Shown piece by piece: positions 25,304 through 40,602 of a stretch of DNA of 64,000 nucleotides. Within the stretch, counting starts at the first letter, position 1; every line of letters starts with the position of its first letter. This DNA is from the human T2T-CHM13v2.0 reference genome, Homo sapiens. The stretch is taken from assembly GCF_009914755.1 (NCBI RefSeq), contig NC_060927.1. One strand, given 5' to 3'. The notes under the pieces were generated by a model. That model did no database searches. It was not told the DNA's origin and saw nothing but the letters and a program-made list of their open reading frames with translations. The position numbers and the translations under genes are program-made.

Positions 25304-25564
25304 ATTTCTCTAAACAGACTGATTACGGCCAGGTTCAAAGGTGCACCACCATGTTCAGAAGGGCAATTTGGAAGGCACAATGTTTTCCTGCAAAATGGTT
25401 GGCTGGCAACAAAGACTGGAAGAAACAATAAGCAATATGCACCTCGCACAAAGGGCTTTGCACTTCCTGAAGTTGTTCTGCACTCACGATTTCACTGGCC
25501 CCTTTTTCACATGTGGATGAGGGAGACGAGGAAACTCAGGCCAGGCAGAGTTTCTGCTTAGCAC

Positions 25565-25945
25565 TAGGGTGAAAGGATAAGATTTGGAATCAGTGGGCTC
25601 GCACTTAAGTTTTTGCTCTGCTTTTCTAGCTGTATGGCCCTGGGCAAGTTACCAAACTTCTCCGCGCTTGTTATGTCTTATTTGTGAAATGTGGCTAATA
25701 CAGACTCAAAAGGTTATACTCTATGATTTCATTCCTATGACATTTTAGAAGAAGAAAATCTCTATCAGAGGTTTCCAAGGGTCAGGGCTGGGCTGAGAGA
25801 AGGCCTGCCTACAAATCTTTAGCACAAAGGAAAGTTCTGAGGTGACAACGGTTCCGCATGTTCATCATGGTAGTTAGGAAAACCCAGAAGTAACTGTACA
25901 GCAAAAACAAAAAGTGAATTTTACTGAATGTAAATTCAGAACTAT
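25565..25945 (+). mobile_element. MIR fragment followed by L1ME-like 3' end
   Basis: 'ggccctgggcaagttaccaaacttctc' (MIR); 'cagactcaaaaggttatactctatgatttcatt...gtgaattttactgaatgtaaatt' (L1). Confidence 0.6.
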
Positions 25946-26835
25946 TTATCCGATAAAAAAATAACTAGACTAACAAAAACTCCTCTCTGGAAGGTTGCTG
26001 TGGCATTTGAGTTTATACAGTAAACAGCAGGGAAACAACTGAAACCTACTTCTTGATATTCCTACTCTGGTATTTCTAGGTCTGCCACTGCCAAATAGAA
26101 GCATAGGAAATGGAATCAACCAAATTTAATTTCAACTCTCAAAAGCAGTGAAGAGGAAAGAGGCTCATGATCCAGGGCTGGAACTGGAATGCTGATGTGG
26201 TGACAGCTGAGAACAGGTGGGAGATGGGAACTGGCAAACTAATCTGTACGTGACTCTCCCTGCACGGTGAATTTACCACTAAGAGAGTTTGCAAACCTTC
26301 TCCCTGTCCTCTCTGCTTGTCCGTGGTGTTCTTCAGTGTACCCCAGCCCCAGCTCTTCCTTGCCCCACTGACTCTAAACTTTCTCACCGTTTCACACAGA
26401 TCTAGTTGTGTCTTGGTTATTTGTTTCAGGCACGCTGCCAGCTGGCATGCTCTGTCTACTGCTACAGAAAACAAATCTCTCCTCCATTTCTCATGTGTTA
26501 CCAGCCTAACAAATACACTACTGTCTATGTTTTACACTGATTCGTGCAAATGACCTGGCTCTTTTCACGCGGAGTGCTTTCTGCAGGCTGGGATTTAAAA
26601 AAGATGGTGTGGTCCTCTGCCTGGGCAAAGAGTATTTTTAGCCGCTAGGTTTTAGTTAATTACACTAGCTGTTGCTCATCATGGCTCTTGGTTTCTTTTG
26701 TGTTGCTGAGGGGAGCGGGGTCAGCTTCTGAATCTAAAGCATGTGGCTTTGAAACATAAGTAAATCTTTCTTCAGGGTCCCAGCTCTAGTTCTCAGGGAT
26801 TTCCTCATTGCATTTTCATTTTTAGGATGTTCTGA

Positions 26836-27140
<305 letters not shown>

Positions 27141-27399
27141 ATGTTCTGAGTGTTTTTGATGCGTTTGTGGTGGGATGCGAGGAGAGAAGTGGTTTCCTCC
27201 TCACACCTTGGGTTCTTTTCTATCTTTGCTTGGGAAATTGGCTTTTATTTGCTTTGTAGCCTCTCCTCTCCTTCCTGTTAAGAAAGTGATTATCCATGCA
27301 CAAAATGGAAAGTTTTCAGGCTCAAGCATGCTTGTGAAGGGGAGTTGGAGATTTGGAATTGTTTTGGTGACCTCCAGGAATAAAACTAGGAAATTCAAG

Positions 27400-27590
27400 G
27401 GAGCTGGTTTGTGAAGGCTTCTAATTAGAAGTGCCCTCAAATGCCTTCATATGTAGTGATGTCCCTATCAACAGAGGCATTCGAAAGGAGGCTGGAGGGC
27501 CACTTGCTGAGGATACTTGAGAGAAGCTTTATGCATCCTAGAGGGGTTGGTGCTTTCAGAGTTCTCCTAAGCTCAAGCCTCTGTGATTCC
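27400..27590 (+). mobile_element. L3/CR1 LINE 3' end
   Basis: 'gtagtgatgtccctatcaacagaggcattcgaaaggaggctggagggccacttg...ctctgtgattc' resembles the CR1 3' terminus. Confidence 0.6.
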
Positions 27591-27678
27591 ACATGACTCC
27601 TTAACTTGGAAAGTAAGACACAGACACAGAAAGGGCATACAATCAACCTTTTCTGGAAATAGGTTAAAACAGTGTAGG

Positions 27679-28077
<399 letters not shown>

Positions 28078-28099
28078 CTAACAAAAAACAGTACTGGGC

Positions 28100-28332
28100 T
28101 GGATATCTTCTGTCTGTCTTTCTTGCTTGTTCTACTTTCCATCCTTTTAGATTTTTCCGTGTCCTGAGAGGCTGACACATATGGGTCACTTCAACAGGCT
28201 CCTGTGCCCTCTGGCTTCCAGGGGATTTCAGCCACTGGGGAACCCAGGAAGATGATCGGAGGGGAGGTGGACAGTGAGGTCGGGGATTTTTCTCATCTCT
28301 TTCTCTATGGATTTGGGACATGGTGGGTAAAA

Positions 28333-28370
<38 letters not shown>

Positions 28371-28505
28371 TCTCCCGTTTCTATCGCCTTCCCTGTCTCA
28401 GTTCCACTTCCTTCTCATGTCTTTTCAGGCCTAGGGATAGTGAAACTCTCAACTTATTCAGTGTGAGTAGGCCATCTCTTTCTTGGCAAGACCCTGCCTG
28501 ACACA
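28100..28505 (+). mobile_element. LTR33-like ERVL LTR with (CT)n
   Basis: 'caacaggctcctgtgccctctggcttcc...gacagtgaggtcggggatttt'; end 'gaccctgcctgacaca'. Confidence 0.6.
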
Positions 28506-29775
28506 AATATTCAACACCTACTCTGTGCAATGGAAAATATGGCATAGTTCTTTCCCTCAAGTGCTTTCCAGGATGGTTATGGAGATAGGATGAAAATCTT
28601 GGGAGAGGAAACAGATACATTTTTGTTGTGGTGGCTTTTGACACCATGGGCTCTGTAATCCTAGGACATAAGAACTGTGCCTATATACATGAGCTAACCA
28701 GACGAAATTCTGCTAAAAATCAAACAGACCAACGTTTCCATGAATTCGATCAAATAAATGTCTTATTTCTTGGCTTTCTGACAAAGAATTGACCGAATAT
28801 TCCTTCTGGATGAGCTGTTTCAGCATAGTCTTCAGACATGGCCTCTGGCAGCATTTGTGGAATGACAAAGTTAACTTTGGGGGAATGACACACAATGGGG
28901 ACCAGTGGTTTCTGGCAACCCCGGTGTGATCTGGGAGGGTCAGGATCAGAGGATGCATGTTGCAGCTGGAGCCCAGGATAAGGTTAGTATATCACACTGT
29001 GGGACCCACAGAGCTGCCTGGTCACAAAACAGAAGGAGTCTGAATTTCCCCAAGAAGAGGGAGGCGCCTGCAGAATCATTAGTAGGAACAGAAAGCCAGT
29101 GCCCCTTCTGGGAGGAGTGAGCGGGGAAGAAAAATGTCCTCATGTATTCATGAAAAGACAAAGATGCACACAAGGCTTCACCTTTATACCCCACTTTATG
29201 GAAATGGGCAAAGTGGTTTGTACATAGAGCACAAAAAATTGCGCACGGGTAGCTTTGACTTTCTGTCACAAACTCTCAGTTTTCCTTTAAACTAAAATGT
29301 GTCAAGTCAGGGGCTGTGCTGCATTTGTTCACCTTATCTCCAGGTCTTAACACAGTATCTGATCCACAGAAAGTGTTTAGTGAATCATTGTGGAATGAAG
29401 GTAGAATTGCTACGTCTTCCTTCATCTAAAGCAACATTTCTCTTATTCATCAAATTGTACGATTTTAACTCCCCATCTCTCATCATTTCTCCTCCTATTT
29501 CTAAGGAGTTCTACCTCCTATGCAAAGTCTGAGAATCCCAGGGGTGTTCACTGGCATAAGTGAGTACTGTCCTCTACAAAGAAGATCTTGGAAAATATCA
29601 TTGATCTATCCGTGATGCTCATGTTGTGCTACTGTTGTTATTGCTGCCACATAGTATGGCTCTTGAGAGCAAAGGTCCAGAAATGTGGGGTAGTCTTGGA
29701 CCACAGAGAAAAATTTTCCAGGTATCCATTGCTGGCCCAGTAGCAATCTTGCTTGGTCTTAGAAATGGGGAAATA

Positions 29776-30139
<364 letters not shown>

Positions 30140-30169
30140 CTATTCTACACAAACTAGAAGAGCGCTAGA

Positions 30170-30385
30170 CCCTTCTTTCCTGGTCACTTTCTATCTCCTA
30201 ACCCTGTTTCCTTCATGGTACTTATGACTAGTTGAAACTATATTTATTTGTTATTTATCCTGTCTCTCCTTCTCTAGAAGCTAAGCCCTGTGGGAGTAGG
30301 GAACAACAGTATCCCCAGCACCTAGAATGTTCTGGGCACATGGTAGGTACTTAGTAGGCTTTGCTGAAGGATTGAATGAAGGATA
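30170..30385 (+). mobile_element. L2 3' end
   Basis: 'gtatccccagcacctagaa...ggcacatggtaggtactt...ttgctgaaggattgaatgaa'. Confidence 0.75.
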
Positions 30386-30789
30386 GGTCACTTCATATTG
30401 GGGTATGGGCTCCCAATAATATATGTAATTCTTTAATATACAGCTCTTTTAATATGTGGGCACTCACACATTCTTACTCCAAGACAATGTTTGGATAAGG
30501 AGGGATTGCTAACTTGCAGCCACATATCATGTTCAGAACTAACCTACCCCTCCGTGGAAAACATAATCCTGCTTTGAGGTGAATCAACGAGCAAGTTATG
30601 GTGAAATTTCTCCTGTGCTCCCTGGCCTCATCTGATCCATCCTAGTCTATCAGAAATACTATATAAAGCAGAACCTCAGAAGGTAAGAGGTATCACTGCT
30701 TTTTCCCAAGATTCCCATTGATCCTTAAGTCAGAGATGACTACTTGTCTACCAAAACCATTTCGCTAACTTTCTGCACCCAAGGTGGAC

Positions 30790-31080
30790 TGACTACCTTT
30801 CCCATCCTCACATGCAGAGAAATGTCTCTGTGACAGTCCTACTCAAGGTAATGTGGGCAGAAGTGATGTCCATGGTGAAAATTCTTTTCTTTGAGTCTAC
30901 GAGACTGAGAGGATCTGGCAAAAGCCACAGGGCATGGTGGATCCAAGATAGAGCTTGGATCTCTGATGCTGTCCTCCTGAACATTAATTTTTATGTGAGT
31001 GAGAAATAGAACAATTGACTTGAGCCACTGAGATGTTCAGATTTATCTGCTATGGCAGGTAGGTAGTTGCCCTAATACAG
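30790..31080 (+). mobile_element. MLT1-family LTR fragment
   Basis: 'aatgtgggcagaagtgatgt', 'ttatgtgagtgagaaata...tgagccactgagatgtt'. Confidence 0.55.
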
Positions 31081-31647
31081 TTCCTACAGAAATTTATCCC
31101 CTACTCCATTAGTATTCTAGGAGCTTTACAGAACAGGAGACATGGGGGAATGCTAGTCTTAAGCCATTACAAAGAGGCTTTACTTGCCTTACATCTGCTA
31201 ACTCCAAAGGGCCAATCAGATTCTCCCCAAGAAAAGAAAATGTGAGTGGATGTTTCCACCACTACAAACAGAAGCTTCTGGAAATGTCTACATGAAAAAA
31301 ATTTTTTTAAATCTCATTGGCACCTCACTGCTAATGAACAAAAGTACACACATTTTAGTGATGGAAATACCTGCTGTGGGATGAAACTGTATGATGTAGC
31401 AGAAAGCATTTTCGGACCAAGAGACTTAAAACCTATTTTTAATCCTTATGGTTCTGTCTTAACAAGCTGCATGAAGCTTGGACCCCTCTCTTTACCTCTC
31501 CAGGCTTCATGTGGTATTAAAAATGATCCATGAAGGTAAAACACATTAAATGGTTCAGGTTTTGTATACTGTAATGGGATGGGTAATTCAATTCAACAAA
31601 CCTTGATTAAGATATGTTGGAGATGGTTGATCTAAATGAGATAAGAT

Positions 31648-31912
31648 GTCTGGGAGCAGTGGCTTATGCCTGTAATCCAAGCACTTTGGGATGCAGAAGT
31701 GGGTGGATCACCTAAGGCCAGGATTAGCTGGGCATGGTGGCGCATGCCTGTAATCCCAGCTACTCAGGAGACTGAGGCAGGAGAATCGCTTGAACCTGGG
31801 AGGCGGAGATTGCAGTGAGCCAAGATCATGCCATTGCACTTAAGCCTGAGTCACAGAGTGAGACCTCATCTCAAAACAAAATAAAATAAAAATAAAATAA
31901 AATAAAATAAAT
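31648..31912 (+). mobile_element. AluS with ~55-bp deletion of left-arm end and linker
   Basis: 'cacctaaggccagga' joined directly to 'ttagctgggcatgg'. Confidence 0.88.
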
Positions 31913-32419
31913 AAGATCAGACATAGTCTGACCCCCAAGATCTTCCAGTCTACTGGAGGAAACAGATAGTTGAATGACAAACTGTAATCCCTAATAAGCT
32001 GAAATAACAGCAAACTATCAGCAATGCAATCTGGGTGTGTAAAAGCAGTGATTACTTTTGACCTGGAGAATGAAAAAGGCTTTAACAATATTCCTAATGT
32101 TCTTAAGAAAATGGGTAAATTTTCTAAACAGGACTTACAAAGACATGTATGATTTGCCCCCACCACCCCATTCCTCCCATGGGCTTCTTTGGCCTTCTCT
32201 CTTGCTGGTACATATGCAATTTTCTGTGCTCCAGTGATAGTTACCTATTTTGAGTTCTTAAATTTGCCACATTCTCTCCTCCAAGTCTTTGCACCCTCCT
32301 TTATCACTTCTGCTTCCATTGCATAATGTGTACTATCTTTTATGCTTTAGTTCATGAGTCACCTCCTCCGGGAAGCATTCTTTGACTCTCTCAGTTCAGG
32401 TTAGAATCCTTTGTACCAC

Positions 32420-32840
32420 TTAGCATTCTATTAGTTGTAAGTAACAGATACTGATTAAAATGGTATTAAAACATGACAAGAAATATGGAGAGACACAGAG
32501 CTAGGATTAATTCTGTGATATAACAATATCAAGACTTGGATTCAACTTTTCTGCAGTTCTCTTGACTTTTGCCTCATGGTCACAAAATGGCTGCTGTAGT
32601 TCCAAATTATGGCCTCTGACAAAACAACCAAGATTAGGAAAAAAGTAAAATAACTTGTGTTGATATTACTCCTCAAGAAAAATCCTTCCCAGAAGTGTTT
32701 CAAAGATTTTCTCATACATCTCTCTGGCCAGAAGGGGCTTATATGTTCATGTCCTAGCTGCAATGGAGGCCAGAAAGTGAGAGTCTGGGATTTCCAGAGA
32801 AGGAGGTATTGCAAGTTTGGAAGAAATAGGATATGCGAGA
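32420..32840 (-). mobile_element. MLT1 (K/L-like) LTR
   Basis: 'gttgtaagtaacaga', 'cctcatggtcacaaaatggctgctgtagttcca', 'cctagctgcaatggaggc'. Confidence 0.65.
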
Positions 32841-33287
32841 CTGTTGTGGAGGTCAAAAACAGGGCCTCCCTCTGAACTGCCACAGCCCCCGTTCCCACTA
32901 TGGCTCATCATTATGTTGTATGTAGTAGTTTACTTGACTATATCCACTAGCCTACAAGCTTTGTTAGAGAAGGACAATTGTACTGGATGAATGAAAAAGA
33001 AACAGCGTTATTATCACCAACCCTTCTAATAACAAAAGTAACAAACTGAAATCACTTCAGTCTGTGAGTAGTAAGTCTTCACCGTGCAGAGGCTTCCTGG
33101 TGAGATCCTATCCGGTAAGACCTCAACCTCAGGGGCTACTATTGATGGACAAAACATAACAAAGTACAATTCCCAGGCCTCTACCAGGTGGTTAAACAAG
33201 GTGGGAATAGTGAAAGCAGAAAATTTGAGAACTGGTAGAAGCAGAACTTCACAGCTGAACTGGTCCGGTAGAGACCAAACAGGAATG

Positions 33288-33791
33288 TGTAAGACTGCGG
33301 ATTTATTTTGGTTGCAAGAAACAGAAACTAACTAACCAGTTAGTTGAGACAATAAGGAACATTTTTACTCTGTCCATAACAAGAAGCCTCAAGGTAAGGC
33401 AGCTGAGGGTTAATTCTGTCTCGTCATCTATAGCTTGGCTTTCCCAGGGTTGCAAGGTGGCCACCATAGTTGCAACCTCTACATCAACAATGTTCGCAAG
33501 ATGACACATTTCCCCAATGCCTCTTTTTAAGGGAACGTTTACCTTTTCCAGAAATCTCCAGAAGAATTTATTTCTCTTTGGGCAGCTCTGGGTTACATAT
33601 TTATCTATAAAACAATCACTGGTATGTATAATGAGATAATCATAATTGAATTAAACCAAGCAATGTTTTCTTAATTACACACGGACATCCCAATTTTATT
33701 GTGTATAATGAAGAAAATCTTGTTCTCCTCCAAGGAAAAACAAAGGGAAGTGGAATGACTATTGGATAGGTAGCCAATGACATCTGTTACA
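33288..33791 (-). mobile_element. MLT1 (K/L-like) LTR
   Basis: 'ttggttgcaagaaacagaaa', 'ggttgcaaggtggcc', end 'ggtagccaatgacatctgttaca'. Confidence 0.6.
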
Positions 33792-34504
33792 AAAGGTTAC
33801 CTTGGAACTAAGCAAATTCCAGTTTTCAGTGAGTAAGTCTTACAAGGCTGAATCTCAATCCACACCTGGCACTGCAAAAACCCTGCAAAGGAAAGAATAA
33901 CCCAGGTTAGAACGTTTGTCAACTGGTTTCTTCTGCTTCTGTCTTATATAGAGATGCTTATCATTCTTCAGAATTCCTAGGACATGGATACAGAATAATC
34001 TACGACATTCACAACCTCTGGGTTACCTCTTTGCAGATGGGCCAGTTTTGTCATTTCTAAGCACCAGGATTCATGTATCCTGAGCTGTTTCAGGAAAGGA
34101 AGACACAGGCCCCCGTCTCTACGCCTGTGCTTTAGGTCTGAGCCTGCATCCTACTCATTGATATCTAAGCAGCATCTCCCTTTCTACCTTATCATTTAGA
34201 GGAAAACTTCCTTATTCCAGATATGGAACTCACTTTGGTTGTTCTCAAACTCTGAGGCAATATCTTCATTAAAAGTTTTAAGCCAAGAGAAGATGTTTCC
34301 CACCAGGTGGAAGCAAAACAGCTTCAGAATAGATCTTGGTCCAGCTGGTCTTAAGGGACAATTAGCGTTGTTTACTTTCCATGACCCAAGGCATGTCTAA
34401 GTTCAGGCCAGTAACTACTTCTAAGCTGGAACTTTACCCATGGACACCAAATTATTCTGCTGCCTAGTCATCTGGGTCCCTTTTATTAGATGTTTTGAGA
34501 TTCT

Positions 34505-34709
34505 AAGTCCGGGCTCAGTGGACCAAATCTGGCCTGCCACCTGTTTTTTGTAAGTAAAGTTTTATTGGGACACGGCTGCACCCATTCATTTACATATCAT
34601 CTATGGCTGCTTTTGATCTACAACTGCAGAGTTGAATAGTTTTGGCAGAGATCCTATGGCCTCCAGAGCGTACTGTCTGGGTCTTTGCAGAAAAGTTTGC
34701 TGACTTCTG
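34505..34709 (+). mobile_element. MER58A
   Basis: 'ccaaatctggcctgccacctgttttttgtaagtaaagttttattgggacac...gaaaagtttgctgac'. Confidence 0.85.
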
Positions 34710-35332
34710 TCCAAGGGGGAAAGAGCAAGTGAAAAGCATGAAGGTTCTAAGCGGGATAGATGCTCCAAATTCATACGTAAACACTAAGCAAAAGCTACAG
34801 AGATGCTAGAATGGGTTCAGATGGTTTGAAAGTCAGCACACTGGGTCAAGCTGGGTCTTACGAGGACTCTGCTCAGCCAGTGATATATAATGGGCACCTC
34901 ACAGGGAGCTGAGCCAGTTCCATGTCTCCCTGGAAGAAGCATTGCACTTCACAAGTGTTTATGTTCTCAAATGTGAAACCTGGAGACGGTTTTCTAAATA
35001 GGACTTTAAATGCTCCAGTCTGGGTGTTTTTGCAATCTGACACACACATCCATTAGAGCTGCTCCATGGAGCCTCTGGACTGACCGTAAAAACTCAGCCA
35101 CAGACCTCCTTGGTTTTCAAACAGGAGCCCAAGAAAGACCACAACAGAAACCTGTTTATACAGTTCAGGTTTTCTTAGTAACACAAGGCAGAGGTCAGAC
35201 AAGTCTTAATCACTTGCTGTAAGAATTGATTTCTGCTGGAACCTAAGGCAGACAGACTTATCTGCTTAGGGTTGTGGTTTCTTATCCCTTCTTAATAAAA
35301 AAATAAATAAATAAAATAAAGCCATGGAAGAT

Positions 35333-35658
35333 GGCTGGATGTGGTATCTCATGCCTGTAATCCTAGCACTTTGGGAGGCTGAGGCAGGTGGATCGTTTGA
35401 GCCCAGGAGTTTGAGACCAGCCTGGGCAACATAGTGAGACCCCATCTCTACAAAAAATAAACATAAACGAGCCAGGCATCGTGGTGTACATCTGTAGTCC
35501 CAGCTACTGGGGAGGCCAAGGTGGGAGGATCACTTGGGCCCAGGAGGTAGAGCCTGCAGTGAGCTGAGATTGTGCCACCTGTACTCTAGCCTGGGTAACA
35601 AAGAGAGTGCTTATCTCAAAAAAAAAAAAAAAAAGAAAGAAAAAAAGAAAAAGAAAAG
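35333..35658 (+). mobile_element. AluJ
   Basis: J diagnostics; 14-bp TSD aagccatggaagat at 35319-35332 and 35659-35672. Confidence 0.95.
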
Positions 35659-35810
35659 AAGCCATGGAAGATAATATTAATCACTCTTGTTTTAGACACT
35701 GCGCTAAGCGTTTTATGTGCATTATCTTACTTAATCTTTACAATGCTCCCGTGAAGAAGGTACTATGCTATATGACCTCCTTTTTAGAGATGAGGAAGGT
35801 GAGGCCTAGC

Positions 35811-35972
35811 ACAGAGTTCCTTGAGTCTGGTGAGCTTGTGAAAATGCAGATCACTGGCCCTACCCCAGGGATTCAGATTCAGCCTCTCTGGGGTGGGACC
35901 TGAGATTCTGCATCTCTAACAGGTTCTGAGGCTATGCCCATGCTTCCGGCCAGGGCTGCACTGAGCGCACTG
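35811..35972. mobile_element. MER5A nested in an antisense MIR
   Basis: 'gagcttgtgaaaatgcagat...gagattctgcatctctaacagg'; TSD-like gcctagca/gcctagag. Confidence 0.75.
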
Positions 35973-36789
35973 GCCTAGAGTTTAAGGGAAAAGCTAACTC
36001 TCATGACCATTTGTGGCAGGATAAGCTCTCAAACCCAGGTTTGAGCATGTGACTTTTCATTCTTTTAATCAGTTTTCATAAACTGCCTCCCATGAGCTCC
36101 GAAAATAAGTGAGTGAAAGGCATTTAAACACACACCCAGGAAATCAGGTCAGAAACTCAGTGGTTGCTATTTCTAAAATGACCCAAATCTTTCTCAATTC
36201 GTGTCTCGAAATTTTGGCCATGTTGGGAAGTCATATTTGAACAATATATAACCACACAAGCATGTAAATAATTAAATTGGAACTTTGGCCTGGCCTAGAA
36301 TAGTAGATCTGCTAATCTTCTCCAAATTATTAATTCTAAGAAGTCTTACCCAAACTAACCTTGCCTCCATGCTTTCTTAATGTACTCTCAGGACTTGAGA
36401 AAGAGATTGTTGCCACACAATGTTGCTCAATAGTTTCAGCTCTATACATCAGGCTTTCTCTTCTCATAAAGATCAGAAATTGCTTCAAGGGGTTATTTTC
36501 CCTGTCTTAACATCTTAATGCTGTATTGTGCCTGAGTAAACAATATTCAAAATGCTATATAGTATACAGAATATCTGGCAGTATGGCATAATGTTAAGAA
36601 TGTGGGTTTTGCATTCAAACTTTGAATTCACATACAGGCAATGCCACTTACTGTGTGGTTAAGTTCCTAAACTAAGTCTGTTTTCTTATTAGTAAAGTGG
36701 AGACCAAAATACCCCTATAAAGTTGTTATATCACATGTAAAGCACTCAGCCATGACATATGGAGAGGCCTAAAAATGTGAATTACAAAT

Positions 36790-37025
36790 TATTGTGTAAT
36801 TTATTATATATACAATTAGATCATATAAGTATATATTTATATCTTACAATTATATATTGTTACTGTAGTAACATAATTACCTTACTACTATATTAATGTA
36901 AAATTAATTATATAGAAGAATCATTATATTAATATTAACCAATATATTATTGATGTAGATTAATATTGATATATAATGTATATTATATATAATTATTTAT
37001 AATTGTAATATTTTATAATTGTAAA
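36790..37025. repeat. AT-rich low-complexity tract following a MIR
   Basis: Near-exclusive A/T composition. Confidence 0.85.
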
Positions 37026-37059
37026 CTTTGTTTAAGCTCTAGAAAAATGTGTTGACTAA

Positions 37060-37396
<337 letters not shown>

Positions 37397-38497
37397 TAGC
37401 TGAAGAAACACACAGCCGTGGATATGTTAGTCAATTAATGTTAGCTGCAGACAAGGCTGTAGTAAAGAAGGTTCCAGGCTTACTGGCACATATCCCTTTG
37501 CTAAGATTATTTTCCTTCTGGAATAACCTCTTCTTCACTTTTTGCCTATCCATTCTTCAAGTCTTTCCTCTGCTATGAGGCCTTCACAGATGAAGCTCAT
37601 ACTCTCTCATGTCCATGAACACAACACCATTTGGTCAATTCCACAGATGAATTTATACTCCCTTCAATTTTTTCCTGTGTACAGCCTTGTTCTCCCAGCC
37701 AGAATATATTCTCCTTGAGAGCAGTTATTCATGTCTGACTTGTTTTGTACCTGCCAGACTACTCGGTAAGTACTTGAATACAAGCACGGGAAAAAACAAT
37801 AAATTTAAATATATTTATTGAAAAGAAGCAGGGTCTAAATTGTGATGCAAACATGTTAAGCCCTTGCAGAATAATCATTAGTTCTATTTTGCAAAATAAC
37901 ATTGCATTCAAACCACTACAAGTACAAAGCATGGTTGGGCTTTATAGCTCTAAAGAGGCTAGACAGAGAAATAATGAGGCCATTCTACTGTACTGCCCAC
38001 AGCAACAACACGATTTGGCATACACTGGAGACTGGTGGTATAAACATTTCTTAGTCCAGATCTTAAAAGGGACTGTAATCCTAAACTCACCTCTCCTTTA
38101 ACAAAGTTATTATGTTTTGGCATTAGGCTAGATTAAAATATCATATGAATTGAGCAGCTGAAGCTTGGATCTGGTAAAGGGGGACATTAGGGTGATGCTC
38201 TGGGAAGCACAATGAACTAAAAACCTACTGGTAGACAAGGTTTTGTATTTTAATTCGAACACTTGGCTCCTTATGTAGAGAATTTTCAACTAACTTGAAA
38301 AATTGCTGTTGAGACAGGAGCCTGGAACATCTGATGGCAGTGGTTATGTGTTCACGGAAAAATCAACACTACCCCCTGGACTGATGTAATCACGTTGCTT
38401 AGAGTCACTTGAATCAGGATCTGCTGACCCATCTTACTTTTTTGCCCGTAGTGGTGGAAGAGAGAAGTTTCACTGTATGTGACAACTGACAAGTAGG

Positions 38498-38660
38498 GAG
38501 GTGCTTCTCAAACTTTAACATGCACGCAAACCACCTAGGGATATTGTTAAAATGTAGATTATGATTCATTAAGTCTGAGGCAGGACCTCGGAGTCTACAT
38601 TTCTAATATCTCAGGTGATATTAACATTCCTAGTCCAAGGACTGCGCTTTGAGCAGCAAG
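38498..38660. mobile_element. MER5A
   Basis: 'gtgcttctcaaacttt...attgttaaaatgtagattatgattca...ctttgagcagca'. Confidence 0.75.
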
Positions 38661-38754
38661 TAGGTAGAGGATGCGGGAATAGTTAATACATTGCTGCATA
38701 CACCAACCAGCCTCGATGCAATGAGGAGGCATCTGCGCTGTTTTAAGGGGGATG

Positions 38755-39125
38755 TGTATTAGTCTGTTTTCATACTGCTGTGAAGAAATAGTGGAGACTG
38801 GGTAATTTATAAACAAAAAAAAAGGTTTAATGGACTCACAGTTCCACGTGGATGGGGAGGCCACACAAATCATGGCAGAAGGCGAAGGAGGAGCAAAGGC
38901 ATATCTTACATGGCGGCGGGCAAGAGACGTGCCAAGCCAAAGTGGGAAAAGCCCCTTATAAAACCTTCAATCTCATGAGAACTTACTATCAGGAGAACAG
39001 CAGCATGGGGGTAACTGCCCCCATGATTCAATTACCTCCAGCTGGGTCCCCCCCATGACACAAGGGGAAAATGGGAACTACAATTCAAGATGAGATTCAG
39101 GTGGGGACACAATCAAAGCCTATCA
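38755..39125 (-). mobile_element. THE1 (C/D-like) solo LTR
   Basis: tgtattagtctgttttc...ctatca; perfect 5-bp TSD GGATG at 38750-38754 and 39126-39130. Confidence 0.93.
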
Positions 39126-39314
39126 GGATGGAAACATGAACCTTCTAGAAATGAAGATCAGGGAGGAATTCAGTAGACTTTACAATGAGCATCATATCTA
39201 GCATCCTTTGTCAGAGACATCAGGTTCACTAGCCCAAAGGACACTCTTTCCTTTCTAAATCTTCAAAGTAGTGACTTTAGAGAAGTAGCTAGTTAAAAGG
39301 ATGGCAAAAGAGTG

Positions 39315-39540
39315 CTACTACAGGCAGTGCACATGAGCCTGGAGTCAGACAGCCTAGCTCTGACTCCCAGACCTGCCACACAGTCATCGGCTGTGATCTT
39401 CGGAAAGGCGACTTTTCTCCCTAAGCCTCAGTTCACATAACTGGAAAGCAGAGATAATACTCGTAGGGCTGTTGTGAAGACCCCAGAAGGAACACATATA
39501 AAGCACTTCATTCTATGCATGGTGCATACTAGTCAATACA
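39315..39540 (+). mobile_element. MIR
   Basis: 'tggagtcagacagcct...ctaagcctcagtt...gggctgttgtgaaga'. Confidence 0.7.
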
Positions 39541-40276
39541 TCCAAGTAATTTTTTTAAAAAAATTAGAAAACCAATCAATCAGTCAAGAGTGATTGAGTA
39601 CTTGTTTGTTGGACACTGTCTTGAGGCAGTCCTAGGGAAGAAAGAGTAAGGAAGAGAGAATTAAGAAGAGGAGAAGGAGACACAATCACAGGTCTCAAGT
39701 AAATCCCAGAATATACGTGGAGAGGCAAACACATACGCATGTGGAATTATTTAGTATTTCCACAGCAACACGCCAAGACACATCACAAATAGAGTTATAG
39801 AGCACACATAAGCCATTTGAAGAAAGCAAATGTTTAAAATGATATCACTGGAGACAGGAAACTGAAGGAGTCCCTAGACAAAGTCAGAGCTGTATTAAGT
39901 TTCTTTTTTTAATGTTTCATTTTTCAGCAGGATATTGACAAGAGCTGCTGTCATATGGAAACTATTTTTTAGAAACACCTGGAAGAACTAATTTGGGGGA
40001 TTGAATTTTTTTTCTTTAACACAGGCTTAACATATAACAAAATACAAGGTGTGTCTGAGATGCAAACCTGGTAAGAGATTAGATCATCAAAGCTAAATTA
40101 CCTTAATTTCCATATTATTTCTGAGAATAGCTTGAATAGACCTTTTGGGTCACAAGCCACCATTTGTGAAGAACTCATAGACATTTTTGTAAGGCTCACA
40201 ATATTCAAAAGGCTATTTTGATATTTTTCTCATAAAGACATCTCTGCAAAAAAAAAAAAAAAAAAAATCAAAAGAA

Positions 40277-40602
<326 letters not shown>
